From an uncultured virus (IMG/VR IMGVR_UViG_3300028591_000116) (taxonomy: Duplodnaviria; Heunggongvirae; Uroviricota; Caudoviricetes), in IMG/VR virus record IMGVR_UViG_3300028591_000116: a stretch of DNA of 63,502 nucleotides. The stretch is one strand, 5' to 3'. Shown here piece after piece: positions 19,079 to 28,436 of this stretch; within the stretch, counting starts at the first letter, position 1, and every line of letters starts with the position of its first letter. Position numbers and translations under genes: made by a program. The notes below the pieces were generated by a model, which had not been told where the DNA came from, did no database searches, and saw only the letters and a program-made list of their open reading frames with translations.

Positions 19079-20551
19079 TTATTTTCTAACAGGATTGCGT
19101 CTAGAAAGTCCCAATACACACGCTCCGCTAGTTTTAGTCAAGTTTCTCGTGTCTTTAACGTCTATTGACAATTTATTTAACTCTCCACTAGGAAGAGCAG
19201 TGAAATCAAATCTTACAGAATTCAAGTAATAAACACCACCAATAGCAAGCTGTTTTGATGAATTTTGGAAATGTAATTCCACGAATTTATTTACTTTGAA
19301 ATCTTCTATTCTAGCATTCTGTAATGTAACAGAAATGGATTGAGATCTAGCTTCAATTTCATTGAATCTGCTAGACATATTGTAAACGTTATTCATTTCA
19401 TCGTAATCACACACTGTCTTTTCGCCAGTAGAATCGTGTGTCGGAATATTACGTTTTAATACCATTGTTACATCTTTTGCTGTACTAGAATCAGGTTTGT
19501 TTTTATTGTTGTAAGATACAGCGTCTATACTCTGATTAAATGAAGAAAAAGCGAAGTTGTTACCAACAAGCTCGCCTTTCAATACTTCATCGTCTGTATC
19601 AGTTATATACGGAACACCTAGATATAACGGTTCTTTGGAATCATTTAATGATCTAGTCATACTAGCCGCTTCGTATTTATTTGCGTCGACCACATACACA
19701 TGAACCAAAGTAGTGTCTTTTTTCACGTGGTCATGACTATCTGCGTATTTATCCAATACGTATAGTATCTTATCATAATCGATAAACGGTTGTATTCCGT
19801 TCTCATACACGCCATACATTGTCTGTAAATAATTTATAGTAGGTATGAGAAGTAAAGGCGGAATAATAACTTCATTTGTTGTAATATTATTGGCAGGTTT
19901 ATCGATAATGTAGCCTTCTATATGCTTTTGCTCTATCTGGCTACAAACCCAATTTAACACTGTACCTATCTCAAGTCCACTATCATCAGATAAAACCGCA
20001 TTATACAATGTCTTCATTATACATTGAGCTGAGATTTGGAAAAATGACACATTAACTATTTGTGTTGGAGAATCTAACAAAGCAGAATCTGTTGAACGTG
20101 CATTTGCTAAATTCTCTTCTTCATCATTTATTATTTCATCCTCATCATATTTTGCACTCTTAAAAGTGTTAACATCAAATACAGGTTCAAAGTTAGATGT
20201 AAACTCTAAAACAGAATCTGTTTGTACATATGAACTAGTTCCAGATTTTACATCCGAATTATTACCGCCAGTAGTTGGAGAATAAATAATACAAGTACAG
20301 CTAATAGTGCATTCGCATCGTTTTTGTATAGACTTAAGTTTAACTACATCTGCTTTTCTAAATCTTAATTCAGAAAGCAAGACAGGCATAACTTTTTCTT
20401 TATACAAGCTTACTTTTGAAATACTGTTTACTCTTTCGGGATATATTTTAGTTTTTTTATTATTCTTATCATAGAATTCAAAATCCCATTTATATACATA
20501 GAATTCTTTATCTTTACCGTTTATTTCTGGAAAAGGCATTGAACTACTCAT
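19079..20551 (-). CDS. Putative baseplate hub-like virion protein
   Basis: 490 aa; GAGG RBS; YLQTMYGVYENG and GGVYYLNSVRFDF segments recall myovirus hub proteins. Confidence 0.4.
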   Translation of the reverse strand: MSSSMPFPEINGKDKEFYVYKWDFEFYDKNNKKTKIYPERVNSISKVSLYKEKVMPVLLSELRFRKADVVKLKSIQKRCECTISCTCIIYSPTTGGNNSDVKSGTSSYVQTDSVLEFTSNFEPVFDVNTFKSAKYDEDEIINDEEENLANARSTDSALLDSPTQIVNVSFFQISAQCIMKTLYNAVLSDDSGLEIGTVLNWVCSQIEQKHIEGYIIDKPANNITTNEVIIPPLLLIPTINYLQTMYGVYENGIQPFIDYDKILYVLDKYADSHDHVKKDTTLVHVYVVDANKYEAASMTRSLNDSKEPLYLGVPYITDTDDEVLKGELVGNNFAFSSFNQSIDAVSYNNKNKPDSSTAKDVTMVLKRNIPTHDSTGEKTVCDYDEMNNVYNMSSRFNEIEARSQSISVTLQNARIEDFKVNKFVELHFQNSSKQLAIGGVYYLNSVRFDFTALPSGELNKLSIDVKDTRNLTKTSGACVLGLSRRNPVRK

Positions 20552-20561
20552 ATATTTCCTC

Positions 20562-21677
20562 TTAGGTCAACCAGTTTATATATGACATGTGAGACCTCAA
20601 TATATTGAAGTTTTCGCTTTGTCTTGCAATAGAGTAATCTTTTATTTTCTTAGTCCAAGATTTGAATAAAGGAATGATAACTTCATTAAGTCTTCCAATA
20701 TTTTGATATCTGAAATCGAAATATGACTCATAAGCCATTAAAGTTTCAATTCCTTCTATATTAGATATCTCACCTCTACTCTGTAGATATAACATAAACT
20801 GATTACATATATTTATTTGTTGAGAAGGATCATAATGATTCTCTATGAAATCGTTAATGATTTGTATTTTTTCTACATTCTTGAAATGAGTATAATGAAT
20901 CTTTATAGCATCGAGTTTAGCATTTCTAAACCTTACAGAATTCATATATTTTCCTATCAGTACATTCATATACTCAAGTTCAGCTTTGTGTCTGAAATTT
21001 CTATAATTCTCAGGAGACTTCATTATCTTAACCATATGTTTTTCTTTGGTTAAGAATGTAGTTGACGAGAATCCGTATCCCTTATAAATAGTACATGCTA
21101 CTTTTGTAGGGAACAAATACATCAACTGTCTATCTGAATTTATAGAAGATATTACGAATATAGAAGAATGCTTAGTTTTAGAAGTAGGCGATACCGATTT
21201 CATATAGTTAATAACTGCTGCAACGATGTGTACATATAACGTAGTCCTACAACTAGCTATATTAGGAATGAAATATATGTTAGGGAAATAGTTAGTAAAT
21301 TCATACAGCATATCAAGAATTTTACTATATTTCTCATAAACAGTTCCATCTCTAACAAACCCTACCAATATAACATGATAAACATCACGTATTTTATAGT
21401 AGTGTTTATAATGCGCATAGATATTCAATAATTCTATAGCAACATGAAGATCAAAGTCTTTATCGTCTACTAAACCTTCTCTGAATGTAGCAAGATCTCC
21501 TAATATACTAGTAAAATCAATAGCTACATAACATGTGGTTCCTGATATTAAATTTGTAGTTGAATTAGCAAATTGCATATCGAGTTCGTCGTAACGAATC
21601 TTCTCTTTAGCTGCAATACGTTGCATAATTCCAATATCATCATCTTGCATTTTTGTTTTCCTTTTAGTTTTGTTCAT
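20562..21677 (-). CDS. Hypothetical protein (possible degenerate 5'-nuclease/PIN-like fold)
   Basis: 371-aa ORF; YVAIDFTSIL...LLNIYAHYKHYY; function uncertain; start may be the second Met. Confidence 0.5.
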   Translation of the reverse strand: MNKTKRKTKMQDDDIGIMQRIAAKEKIRYDELDMQFANSTTNLISGTTCYVAIDFTSILGDLATFREGLVDDKDFDLHVAIELLNIYAHYKHYYKIRDVYHVILVGFVRDGTVYEKYSKILDMLYEFTNYFPNIYFIPNIASCRTTLYVHIVAAVINYMKSVSPTSKTKHSSIFVISSINSDRQLMYLFPTKVACTIYKGYGFSSTTFLTKEKHMVKIMKSPENYRNFRHKAELEYMNVLIGKYMNSVRFRNAKLDAIKIHYTHFKNVEKIQIINDFIENHYDPSQQINICNQFMLYLQSRGEISNIEGIETLMAYESYFDFRYQNIGRLNEVIIPLFKSWTKKIKDYSIARQSENFNILRSHMSYINWLT

Positions 21678-21713
21678 TCTTAAGTTTTATCGATACTAAA
21701 TAAATAGATCGAA

Positions 21714-21725
21714 AACATCTCAGTG
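21714..21725 (+). promoter_or_regulatory. Putative promoter AACA-N6-TG
   Basis: AACA tctcag TG upstream of the 21761 and 21938 genes. Confidence 0.5.
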
Positions 21726-21760
21726 TAAAACAAAATATATAATTTTAATGGAGGCCAACT

Positions 21761-21913
21761 ATGTCTAAGACAAAACAAATTCTTGCCGAACTCACAGAAG
21801 ACCATCCAGTATTTAAAGCGGCAATGGCTGCTTATGATGGAGTAAGAACTGTACAGGCAAAGAAAACAGTGATGGATATTGTAAAAGCTGCACTTGAAGC
21901 CTGTGAGGAATAA
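21761..21913 (+). CDS. Small hypothetical protein (50 aa, MSKTKQILAELTEDHPVFK...)
   Basis: GGAGG RBS; below the ORF-track length cut-off. Confidence 0.7.
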   Translation: MSKTKQILAELTEDHPVFKAAMAAYDGVRTVQAKKTVMDIVKAALEACEE

Positions 21914-21937
21914 CGTTATCTCTAAAAGAGGTTAAAC

Positions 21938-22870
21938 ATGTCTATCAAATTTGACGATATACTTAAACCTATGGGTAAAGGGTTTTCAGCATTATCTATA
22001 TTAACGTTAGAGGATCAGTTAAAGCAAAAATATAAAGAATATACAGAAGCTACAATAGAAGTATCAGGTATGAAAAATAAAGATACTTATTTGTTGTGGT
22101 TTACAGTTCCTTCTAAAGAAAATAAAGAATATCCCGGTGATGTAATTTATTATGATATTCTTTTTGAAATAATTCCGCCTAATTCTTCGTGGAAACTAAA
22201 AGAAGACGTTAGAGAATACGATGTTAAAGTGTTCAACAACAATCCTCGTTTTATGTTTACATTCGATTATGTATATAATAAACATAAAGCGCTGATAAAT
22301 CTTCCTGGAAAATTCTACAATAAATATGCTTTAAAAACATATCCTAAAAAGCGTAACCCTCAGTTACTCTTAGGTCTTGATGAAAATCTATATCATTGTG
22401 TAATGTATATGGATAAACATCACTTGTTTAATAAAGACACTCTAGACACATTATGTCTTAGTAGTAATCTTTCTATGAAAGAAATCTTGTCTGAATTAGT
22501 ACCTCAAAATGAAAAAATGAACGAGGTTACTGATAGGGATTTACGTCATAGAGCAAGTACAAGGCATAAAAACTCTAAAGTATGGGAACAAGGAAGCGAT
22601 AAAGCTAAGATAAAACAACAACTTCTTGAAGAAAGCAAAAACTTACAAGAATTAAGAGCTAGAAATCCTACTGAAAGTAAGATTCTTCAAACTCAGATGC
22701 TTTCTAACCTACGTTCTAGATTAAGTCTCTCTAACTTAAAAACCAGTGGTTTAAAAGTAGCCAATGCAATGAAGTCTAATCTTCATTCTAATTTAAATAA
22801 AAAACCTGAGAAAAACAAATCTAGTTTAAAGAGCAGCTTAGGAAAATCTTCCTTAAAATCTTCACTTTAA
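21938..22870 (+). CDS. Hypothetical protein with basic Lys/Ser/Leu-rich C-terminal tail
   Basis: GAGG RBS; repeated LKSS/LKS units at the C-terminus. Confidence 0.7.
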   Translation: MSIKFDDILKPMGKGFSALSILTLEDQLKQKYKEYTEATIEVSGMKNKDTYLLWFTVPSKENKEYPGDVIYYDILFEIIPPNSSWKLKEDVREYDVKVFNNNPRFMFTFDYVYNKHKALINLPGKFYNKYALKTYPKKRNPQLLLGLDENLYHCVMYMDKHHLFNKDTLDTLCLSSNLSMKEILSELVPQNEKMNEVTDRDLRHRASTRHKNSKVWEQGSDKAKIKQQLLEESKNLQELRARNPTESKILQTQMLSNLRSRLSLSNLKTSGLKVANAMKSNLHSNLNKKPEKNKSSLKSSLGKSSLKSSL

Positions 22871-22873
22871 AAA

Positions 22874-22898
22874 AAGAAGGAGGTTTTTCCTCCTTCTT
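22874..22898. terminator. Bidirectional terminator
   Basis: AAGAAGGAGG-ttttt-CCTCCTTCTT between convergent genes. Confidence 0.7.
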
Positions 22899-22909
22899 CA
22901 TTTTGATCA

Positions 22910-23170
22910 TTATTTCGCATCAAGTTTGCAACCGAAAGACATCATTTGTTTATTAGTAGCCAATTGTGCGTTTAATTCTAATTCTTTAGATTTAATAACG
23001 CTTTCATTGTGATTTTTCCATCTTTCTGTAAACTCTTTTTGTATAGCAATAAAAGTGTTTGCTGCCTCTGTAACAAGAGCAGTATTTCCAGCTTTTATTG
23101 CTTCTGTTTCAGATTCTGTGAAATCATATCCTATACAATTTCCGGTTTTATCATCAAATAATAATTTCAT
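22910..23170 (-). CDS. Small hypothetical protein, paralog of 30560-30808
   Basis: MKLLFDDKTG...QKEFTERWK vs MKVIYDEKG...QEEVTERYK; shared upstream region. Confidence 0.7.
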   Translation of the reverse strand: MKLLFDDKTGNCIGYDFTESETEAIKAGNTALVTEAANTFIAIQKEFTERWKNHNESVIKSKELELNAQLATNKQMMSFGCKLDAK

Positions 23171-23189
23171 ATTATTTTCCTATTAGTAT

Positions 23190-23264
23190 AGCTATAATAT
23201 TTAAAGAGTTATCTCTACTATACTATATAGATAATATGAACATCAAAAGGTGTATAGAATAAAA
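23190..23264 (-). repeat. Duplicated promoter/leader region (copy A; copy B at 30832-30906)
   Basis: Ungapped 75-bp alignment at constant offset 7642; first 57 bp have 2 mismatches. Confidence 0.85.
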
Positions 23265-23296
23265 AGAAAACAGGGACCTAAAGTCCCTGCTTATTA

Positions 23297-24598
23297 TCAT
23301 CTGTAAGCTGCAAATGGATCGACGAATGTAGAACACAAGTTCATGTCATCTATATTTGAAGCAGGTAAATTCTGCTGAGGATTAAACATATTGTAACCGC
23401 CCATCATTCCCATTCCGCCCATCATAGGGTTCATCATACCCATTCCCATCATCGGGTTAACTTTAGGAGCAGGAGCGGTTGGTGACTTAAATGAGAATAC
23501 GCTCTTACGATCATGTGATTCTTCTTCAATCATATTTTCTTCAGCCATTTTAGTTTTGAAATACTGTGCTTCTGCTGTGTTGTTTTCAGTTGCTACTTCT
23601 ACAGCACCTGTTTCTTCAACGATAGGTTCGTCTCCTTCTTCAACTTCTTCCTGACTAACAGTCATTTCTTCTTCTGTTGGCATACTTGTATCAGGAAGTA
23701 CACCTACTTCAGGAGTAACTGCAAGTTCTTCACCACCATCTGGCTCTGGCTCAACATATGGTGTCAGTTGACTAGCAGGGAACATATTTGTCAAGAACTG
23801 TTGAAGAGCAGGATCGTTTCTATCAGTACAATCGCCTACTTCAACAAAGTTGTTTACACTAAATGGCAGAATATCAACAGTTTTATCATCCATACCTTCA
23901 GTGTAATCAACCATATCAGGATTCAAGACATTTTCCTGTTCAAGTTTTACCTGTTGTAAGAATCCTTGTCTTGATTTATTCCATTCATCACACATCTTCT
24001 GAGTTTTGTTCCAGCCTCTATCAATATTCTTAAATTGTTTAAGCGGTTTAGTTGCACAGAAGTTGTTATAGATCATTACAGCCAATCCCCAAACAGCCTT
24101 AGTAATCTCCTCAGAAGCATACTTCATAAGCTCTTTAGGATTGTTAGGATCTTGTATATCAACGATACCGACTTCTCTTAATCCAGCATTATCAGTCTTT
24201 GTATAAATCTGGAGAAGTCCATCGAATTTAGCATCGTAATCTTCTTCATCTGTTTCATCTAACGCTTTCTGATCTATATAGAATGGGATAAGAACTTTCT
24301 TGAGTTTAACCAGAACAATACAAGCATGTTTATAATTCTGGAACGGATTAAACAACTCCAACTCAGGAGTGGCTTTAATATTCAGATAATGTCGTTCATC
24401 AATAGGAACAACAGGAAATATAAATGGCGGATTCTGAGGGTCGTTTGTTCCATCTATATATTTTGGATTTTGATAAAAGATCTTATTTCCAGATCCATCT
24501 TCCAAAAATCCTTCAGATGTGATATGATATCCAGCTGCATTCAATAATGGTCCTGCAAACTCAGTGATCATATCAAAAAATACTTTACTAGCATCCAT
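23297..24598 (-). CDS. Hypothetical protein with acidic linker and Met/Gly/Asn-rich low-complexity tail
   Basis: AGGAG RBS; NPMMGMGMMNPMMGGMGMMGG. Confidence 0.75.
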   Translation of the reverse strand: MDASKVFFDMITEFAGPLLNAAGYHITSEGFLEDGSGNKIFYQNPKYIDGTNDPQNPPFIFPVVPIDERHYLNIKATPELELFNPFQNYKHACIVLVKLKKVLIPFYIDQKALDETDEEDYDAKFDGLLQIYTKTDNAGLREVGIVDIQDPNNPKELMKYASEEITKAVWGLAVMIYNNFCATKPLKQFKNIDRGWNKTQKMCDEWNKSRQGFLQQVKLEQENVLNPDMVDYTEGMDDKTVDILPFSVNNFVEVGDCTDRNDPALQQFLTNMFPASQLTPYVEPEPDGGEELAVTPEVGVLPDTSMPTEEEMTVSQEEVEEGDEPIVEETGAVEVATENNTAEAQYFKTKMAEENMIEEESHDRKSVFSFKSPTAPAPKVNPMMGMGMMNPMMGGMGMMGGYNMFNPQQNLPASNIDDMNLCSTFVDPFAAYR

Positions 24599-24633
24599 AA
24601 ATATAACTCCTTTCAGTTTTTCAATATATAATC

Positions 24634-25629
24634 TTAGAAAAGTTCGATATCAGTCAAATAATTGACAGACTCTAATATTTCTGAACTTATACTTCCAAAA
24701 TTTTTATTAGTAACAATCAATCCTGCTGCTTCTGAAATATCATAATCTTTACGTGCTATTTTGTTATTTACTAAAGCTCTGAAATGATCACAATGAGAAG
24801 AGTTGATATCAAAACTCATTTCTTTATAATCCATATCGGTTACTTTAATAATAGCTAAATACGCATTAGTAAACACATTGATTCTAAAATGCCGTTTTTC
24901 AACTAAACTGTAATGAGAAATCAAGTCTACTAATTTTGATATTTCTTTAGCATATGCTCCAAACATAGCCAAAGCAGACCTATCATCTATTAGTTCTTTA
25001 CAATATGAAAATCTAGGAGTAAACTCTTTTGTTTTAGTGTCTATAGTTATAGTACTGTCAAAAGGATATCCTAATCCCCACTGTGTAAAGAACGAATCCA
25101 ATAAACCTACGAAATTTACATAAGGCATTTGGATAGTATCTTCAATCGAATTAATTCCGAATCCTATAAATTCAGGATTAAATGTACTTTCATGAATGAA
25201 TTCGTCTACGTATTTAGAAGGATAAACTCTGTCTCCTTCTTGTAGTACATATGTACTGTTTGCTCGATCCTGCCAATTCCAATAATCAAATTCGTTAAAA
25301 TTCAGAAGTTGGAAAGTTTTAGTATCACTGTAATTCGGCGTTTGAGATTTAATGTTACAACCTATTCGTTCCCCAGTAAGCAAATCGTTTGTTATCATAA
25401 TACTACTATCAATATTGATTCGATTGCCAATACTGTGCTTATAGTTTTCAAAACTTCCTAGACTACAAATTTTAGTGATAGTTTTCTCTTTAGGATCTAT
25501 ATGGATCTCTTCTATTCTTGCTCTACCTTTAGGAGACACTGCTATGCGCCTCCTATTTAAAAGGTCAGTTCTTTTAAGAGGAGATCTAGTTGAAGGCTCA
25601 TATGCTGGTACAAATGGTTTTATCAACAT
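24634..25629 (-). CDS. Hypothetical protein, MLIKPF family (paralog of 27152-28330)
   Basis: AGGAGG RBS; identical N-terminal MLIKPF and similar C-terminal blocks. Confidence 0.7.
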   Translation of the reverse strand: MLIKPFVPAYEPSTRSPLKRTDLLNRRRIAVSPKGRARIEEIHIDPKEKTITKICSLGSFENYKHSIGNRINIDSSIMITNDLLTGERIGCNIKSQTPNYSDTKTFQLLNFNEFDYWNWQDRANSTYVLQEGDRVYPSKYVDEFIHESTFNPEFIGFGINSIEDTIQMPYVNFVGLLDSFFTQWGLGYPFDSTITIDTKTKEFTPRFSYCKELIDDRSALAMFGAYAKEISKLVDLISHYSLVEKRHFRINVFTNAYLAIIKVTDMDYKEMSFDINSSHCDHFRALVNNKIARKDYDISEAAGLIVTNKNFGSISSEILESVNYLTDIELF

Positions 25630-25646
25630 ACTTCTCCTCCTACGAT

Positions 25647-25985
25647 TTATAAAGATTTTTCTCTTTTTGTTTTATAATAAGCCTGAAGATCAATGAGACC
25701 TCTATGAATAGTCATCATACATTCAGAGATTTCATATTCAGTATTATTTAAGTCTACATCAGATATATAACCTGTATCTTCATCTTCAAGTTGATCAAGA
25801 CCTTTCTTTAAAGATTCAAGATTGTCTATCGCTTTTTCAATAGACAACCTCATAGCAGGACCTAAATCTTGAATTTCTTTATTATATTCATCAATGGCTG
25901 ATTCAATAGCCTCTTCTGAAACAATTCCGTCAATCACAGGAATATTCTTTCTTCTTTCCATTTCTCCAGCTTCAACTTCTTCCAT
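25647..25985 (-). CDS. Acidic coiled-coil hypothetical protein
   Basis: AGGAG RBS; 112 aa. Confidence 0.7.
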   Translation of the reverse strand: MEEVEAGEMERRKNIPVIDGIVSEEAIESAIDEYNKEIQDLGPAMRLSIEKAIDNLESLKKGLDQLEDEDTGYISDVDLNNTEYEISECMMTIHRGLIDLQAYYKTKREKSL

Positions 25986-25995
25986 TTTGTTTCTC

Positions 25996-27141
25996 CTACC
26001 TCATAAACATTTCTTGCTGAAATAAATCTTGTTGATTTTGATATTGTAAGTTTAGTGTATCTTTCATATAAGAGTCTGTTGTGTATCCATTATCAATTGA
26101 TGATACTGGATTTTTGTTAGACATTACTTCGTCCACAGTTCCGTTATTTTCAATTTGGCTTGGAACTATAATTGGAGATTTCACATAATCCTTGAAAGTT
26201 ATTCTAAACTTATCACTTATAGCAGACGGATTATAGAATACTTTTACGTGTCCTACTCTCTCTTCAATATCATGACATTCAGATTTAAACAAATCTACTG
26301 CCGAATTGAGATTGTCTGCCAAATACTTTGGTGTATACTGTTTTCCAAACGGAATAATCCCACCTTTTACATTTGCACCAGGTTTACCATATCCTAGTGC
26401 ATCACTATCATAAATGAATGTTGCACCTTGTCCTATAAAACTGTTGAATGCTGACTTCAAACCGTTACTGAAATCAAAACTGCCTTTACAAACATTTTCA
26501 ACTTTAGGTAACAGTTTAAATGCGTCCAATCTAATAGTATCATATTTTAAGATATTCATGTATATAACACTAGTATGCGCATCAAACAATTTATTCATAG
26601 CAACTTTATAATTATTATCATATCTAAGATCTATAAAATCACCAGTCATGGCATTCATATGGAAATCTGTATAAAACTCTGGAGAAAGACTTATTGTCTC
26701 GCATCCGTATCCTGCTATTCCTATAAAGTCAGCTAAGTCTGCGTCATCCATCTGGTGTAATCGTCTTGACCAAGTACCAGGAGCAGAACTTACGATTTCT
26801 CCACTAGGTAATACCGTTTTCTCAGTAGATGTCACATTATCTATTACAAACATTGCATACTGTTCTCTCAGATTACCTGGGATTGTTGTGTAAATATCTC
26901 CAAAATACACAGCAGATCTAATAATTCTCGATCCTGGTATAGTTAATGCTTGTGATAATGAATGTTTTGCATCAAATACTACTGTGTTTTCGATACACGC
27001 TTTTGCATGTGTCCAATTACCAGTATTATATTCTTCATTACTAACAAATACATAAATGTTTCGTTTTCTACCAATGATACCTAATGAATTATTATCTTCA
27101 ACATCGTTGACGTCGTAACGTCCAAAATTTCTAAGTAACAT
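25996..27141 (-). CDS. Hypothetical protein
   Basis: AGGAG RBS; 381 aa. Confidence 0.75.
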   Translation of the reverse strand: MLLRNFGRYDVNDVEDNNSLGIIGRKRNIYVFVSNEEYNTGNWTHAKACIENTVVFDAKHSLSQALTIPGSRIIRSAVYFGDIYTTIPGNLREQYAMFVIDNVTSTEKTVLPSGEIVSSAPGTWSRRLHQMDDADLADFIGIAGYGCETISLSPEFYTDFHMNAMTGDFIDLRYDNNYKVAMNKLFDAHTSVIYMNILKYDTIRLDAFKLLPKVENVCKGSFDFSNGLKSAFNSFIGQGATFIYDSDALGYGKPGANVKGGIIPFGKQYTPKYLADNLNSAVDLFKSECHDIEERVGHVKVFYNPSAISDKFRITFKDYVKSPIIVPSQIENNGTVDEVMSNKNPVSSIDNGYTTDSYMKDTLNLQYQNQQDLFQQEMFMR

Positions 27142-27151
27142 TTATTTCTCC

Positions 27152-28330
27152 TTAAGAATCACTACCTACAGCAAATACCTGAACTATATCATCAGAATCG
27201 CTGCTTGACAGTGTACCTATTGCTCCTAAATGATCTTTCTTAAGAGTTCCATCAAGTTCACGTGTCACAGTATTCTGATATATATTTGTAAGGCGTATTA
27301 CAGCGTTATAATTGCTTATATGTATACTCAATCTGTTTGGACAAAGATTATTGATGTAAAGTTCATCTGGTACATCATTTGTCATTTCAACTACATTGTC
27401 TATTTTTTCTGAGATATCAAAAGCTATCTTCAATCTTTCTCTTTGGATTGTTTCTTTTGGAACTCCTATGAACTTAACACTCTTAGGAATGACAGAAAAC
27501 AAGCCGGATTCAAGATCTATAACTATATCAATTGCAGAAAATATAGAATGTGATATTGAACAGAATACATCTATAAATATTCTGGTTATAGTAGATTTAA
27601 GTGATTCCATATTAGCCCTCTTTCCATTGTTTAAATCAACAATAGGATCTATAGCATACGGAACTAAACTTTGATCTATGATATTTCCTTTAGCAGGAAT
27701 ATCTATAACTGCAATCTTAGTATATTTATCTATCAAATCTCTTAATGTATAAGTAGGACATCCAGAATAATCATACAAGAAATCACCAATCTTTAAACCT
27801 TTATACTTATTACTTAACCACATTTGATCTTCTACATTATAAAATTGTGGATAAGGTTGAATAACATCGGTTCCTAAACGACATTCTATTTCTTCGTCGA
27901 AACAACTAGATGCTGGACCGCCACATGTCAACAAACCGTCTATACTACTTATGGTTATAGGGTCTGGATCATGTTTAAACAATTTAGGTGTGATCTTGTT
28001 AAGGTAAGTTCCGTTCATAAATGTTATCACAGCTTCATAGTTAAATTTACCATCTGGTAATAACAAGTCTTTGGCATAACCTCTATAGCAGTTTCTATTT
28101 TGGAGACTTACTCCTTTGTTAATGTAAAAACCGACACCTTCTACTTGACTATCGTTTATTAAGTATATATCGTATAAATTACTAGGTCCATTAAAATTGC
28201 CTATGATATTACTGTAAGAGCACTGGTGTGGATTTTCGTATCTATAAATGAAGATATATCGATTTTTCTGTTTTATATTTTCGATATCATCCACATCTTC
28301 TTTTTCTTTGAAAAAAGGTTTAATCAGCAT
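27152..28330 (-). CDS. Hypothetical protein, MLIKPF family
   Basis: AGGAG RBS; 392 aa. Confidence 0.75.
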   Translation of the reverse strand: MLIKPFFKEKEDVDDIENIKQKNRYIFIYRYENPHQCSYSNIIGNFNGPSNLYDIYLINDSQVEGVGFYINKGVSLQNRNCYRGYAKDLLLPDGKFNYEAVITFMNGTYLNKITPKLFKHDPDPITISSIDGLLTCGGPASSCFDEEIECRLGTDVIQPYPQFYNVEDQMWLSNKYKGLKIGDFLYDYSGCPTYTLRDLIDKYTKIAVIDIPAKGNIIDQSLVPYAIDPIVDLNNGKRANMESLKSTITRIFIDVFCSISHSIFSAIDIVIDLESGLFSVIPKSVKFIGVPKETIQRERLKIAFDISEKIDNVVEMTNDVPDELYINNLCPNRLSIHISNYNAVIRLTNIYQNTVTRELDGTLKKDHLGAIGTLSSSDSDDIVQVFAVGSDS

Positions 28331-28436
28331 TTTTAATCTCCTTTTGTTCTATTATATACTATATATAAGTAGAAAAATGTTTATTTTTTGAAATGTAGAA
28401 AAAAGAAAACCTCCCTGCAATAGGGAGGCCTTGTTT

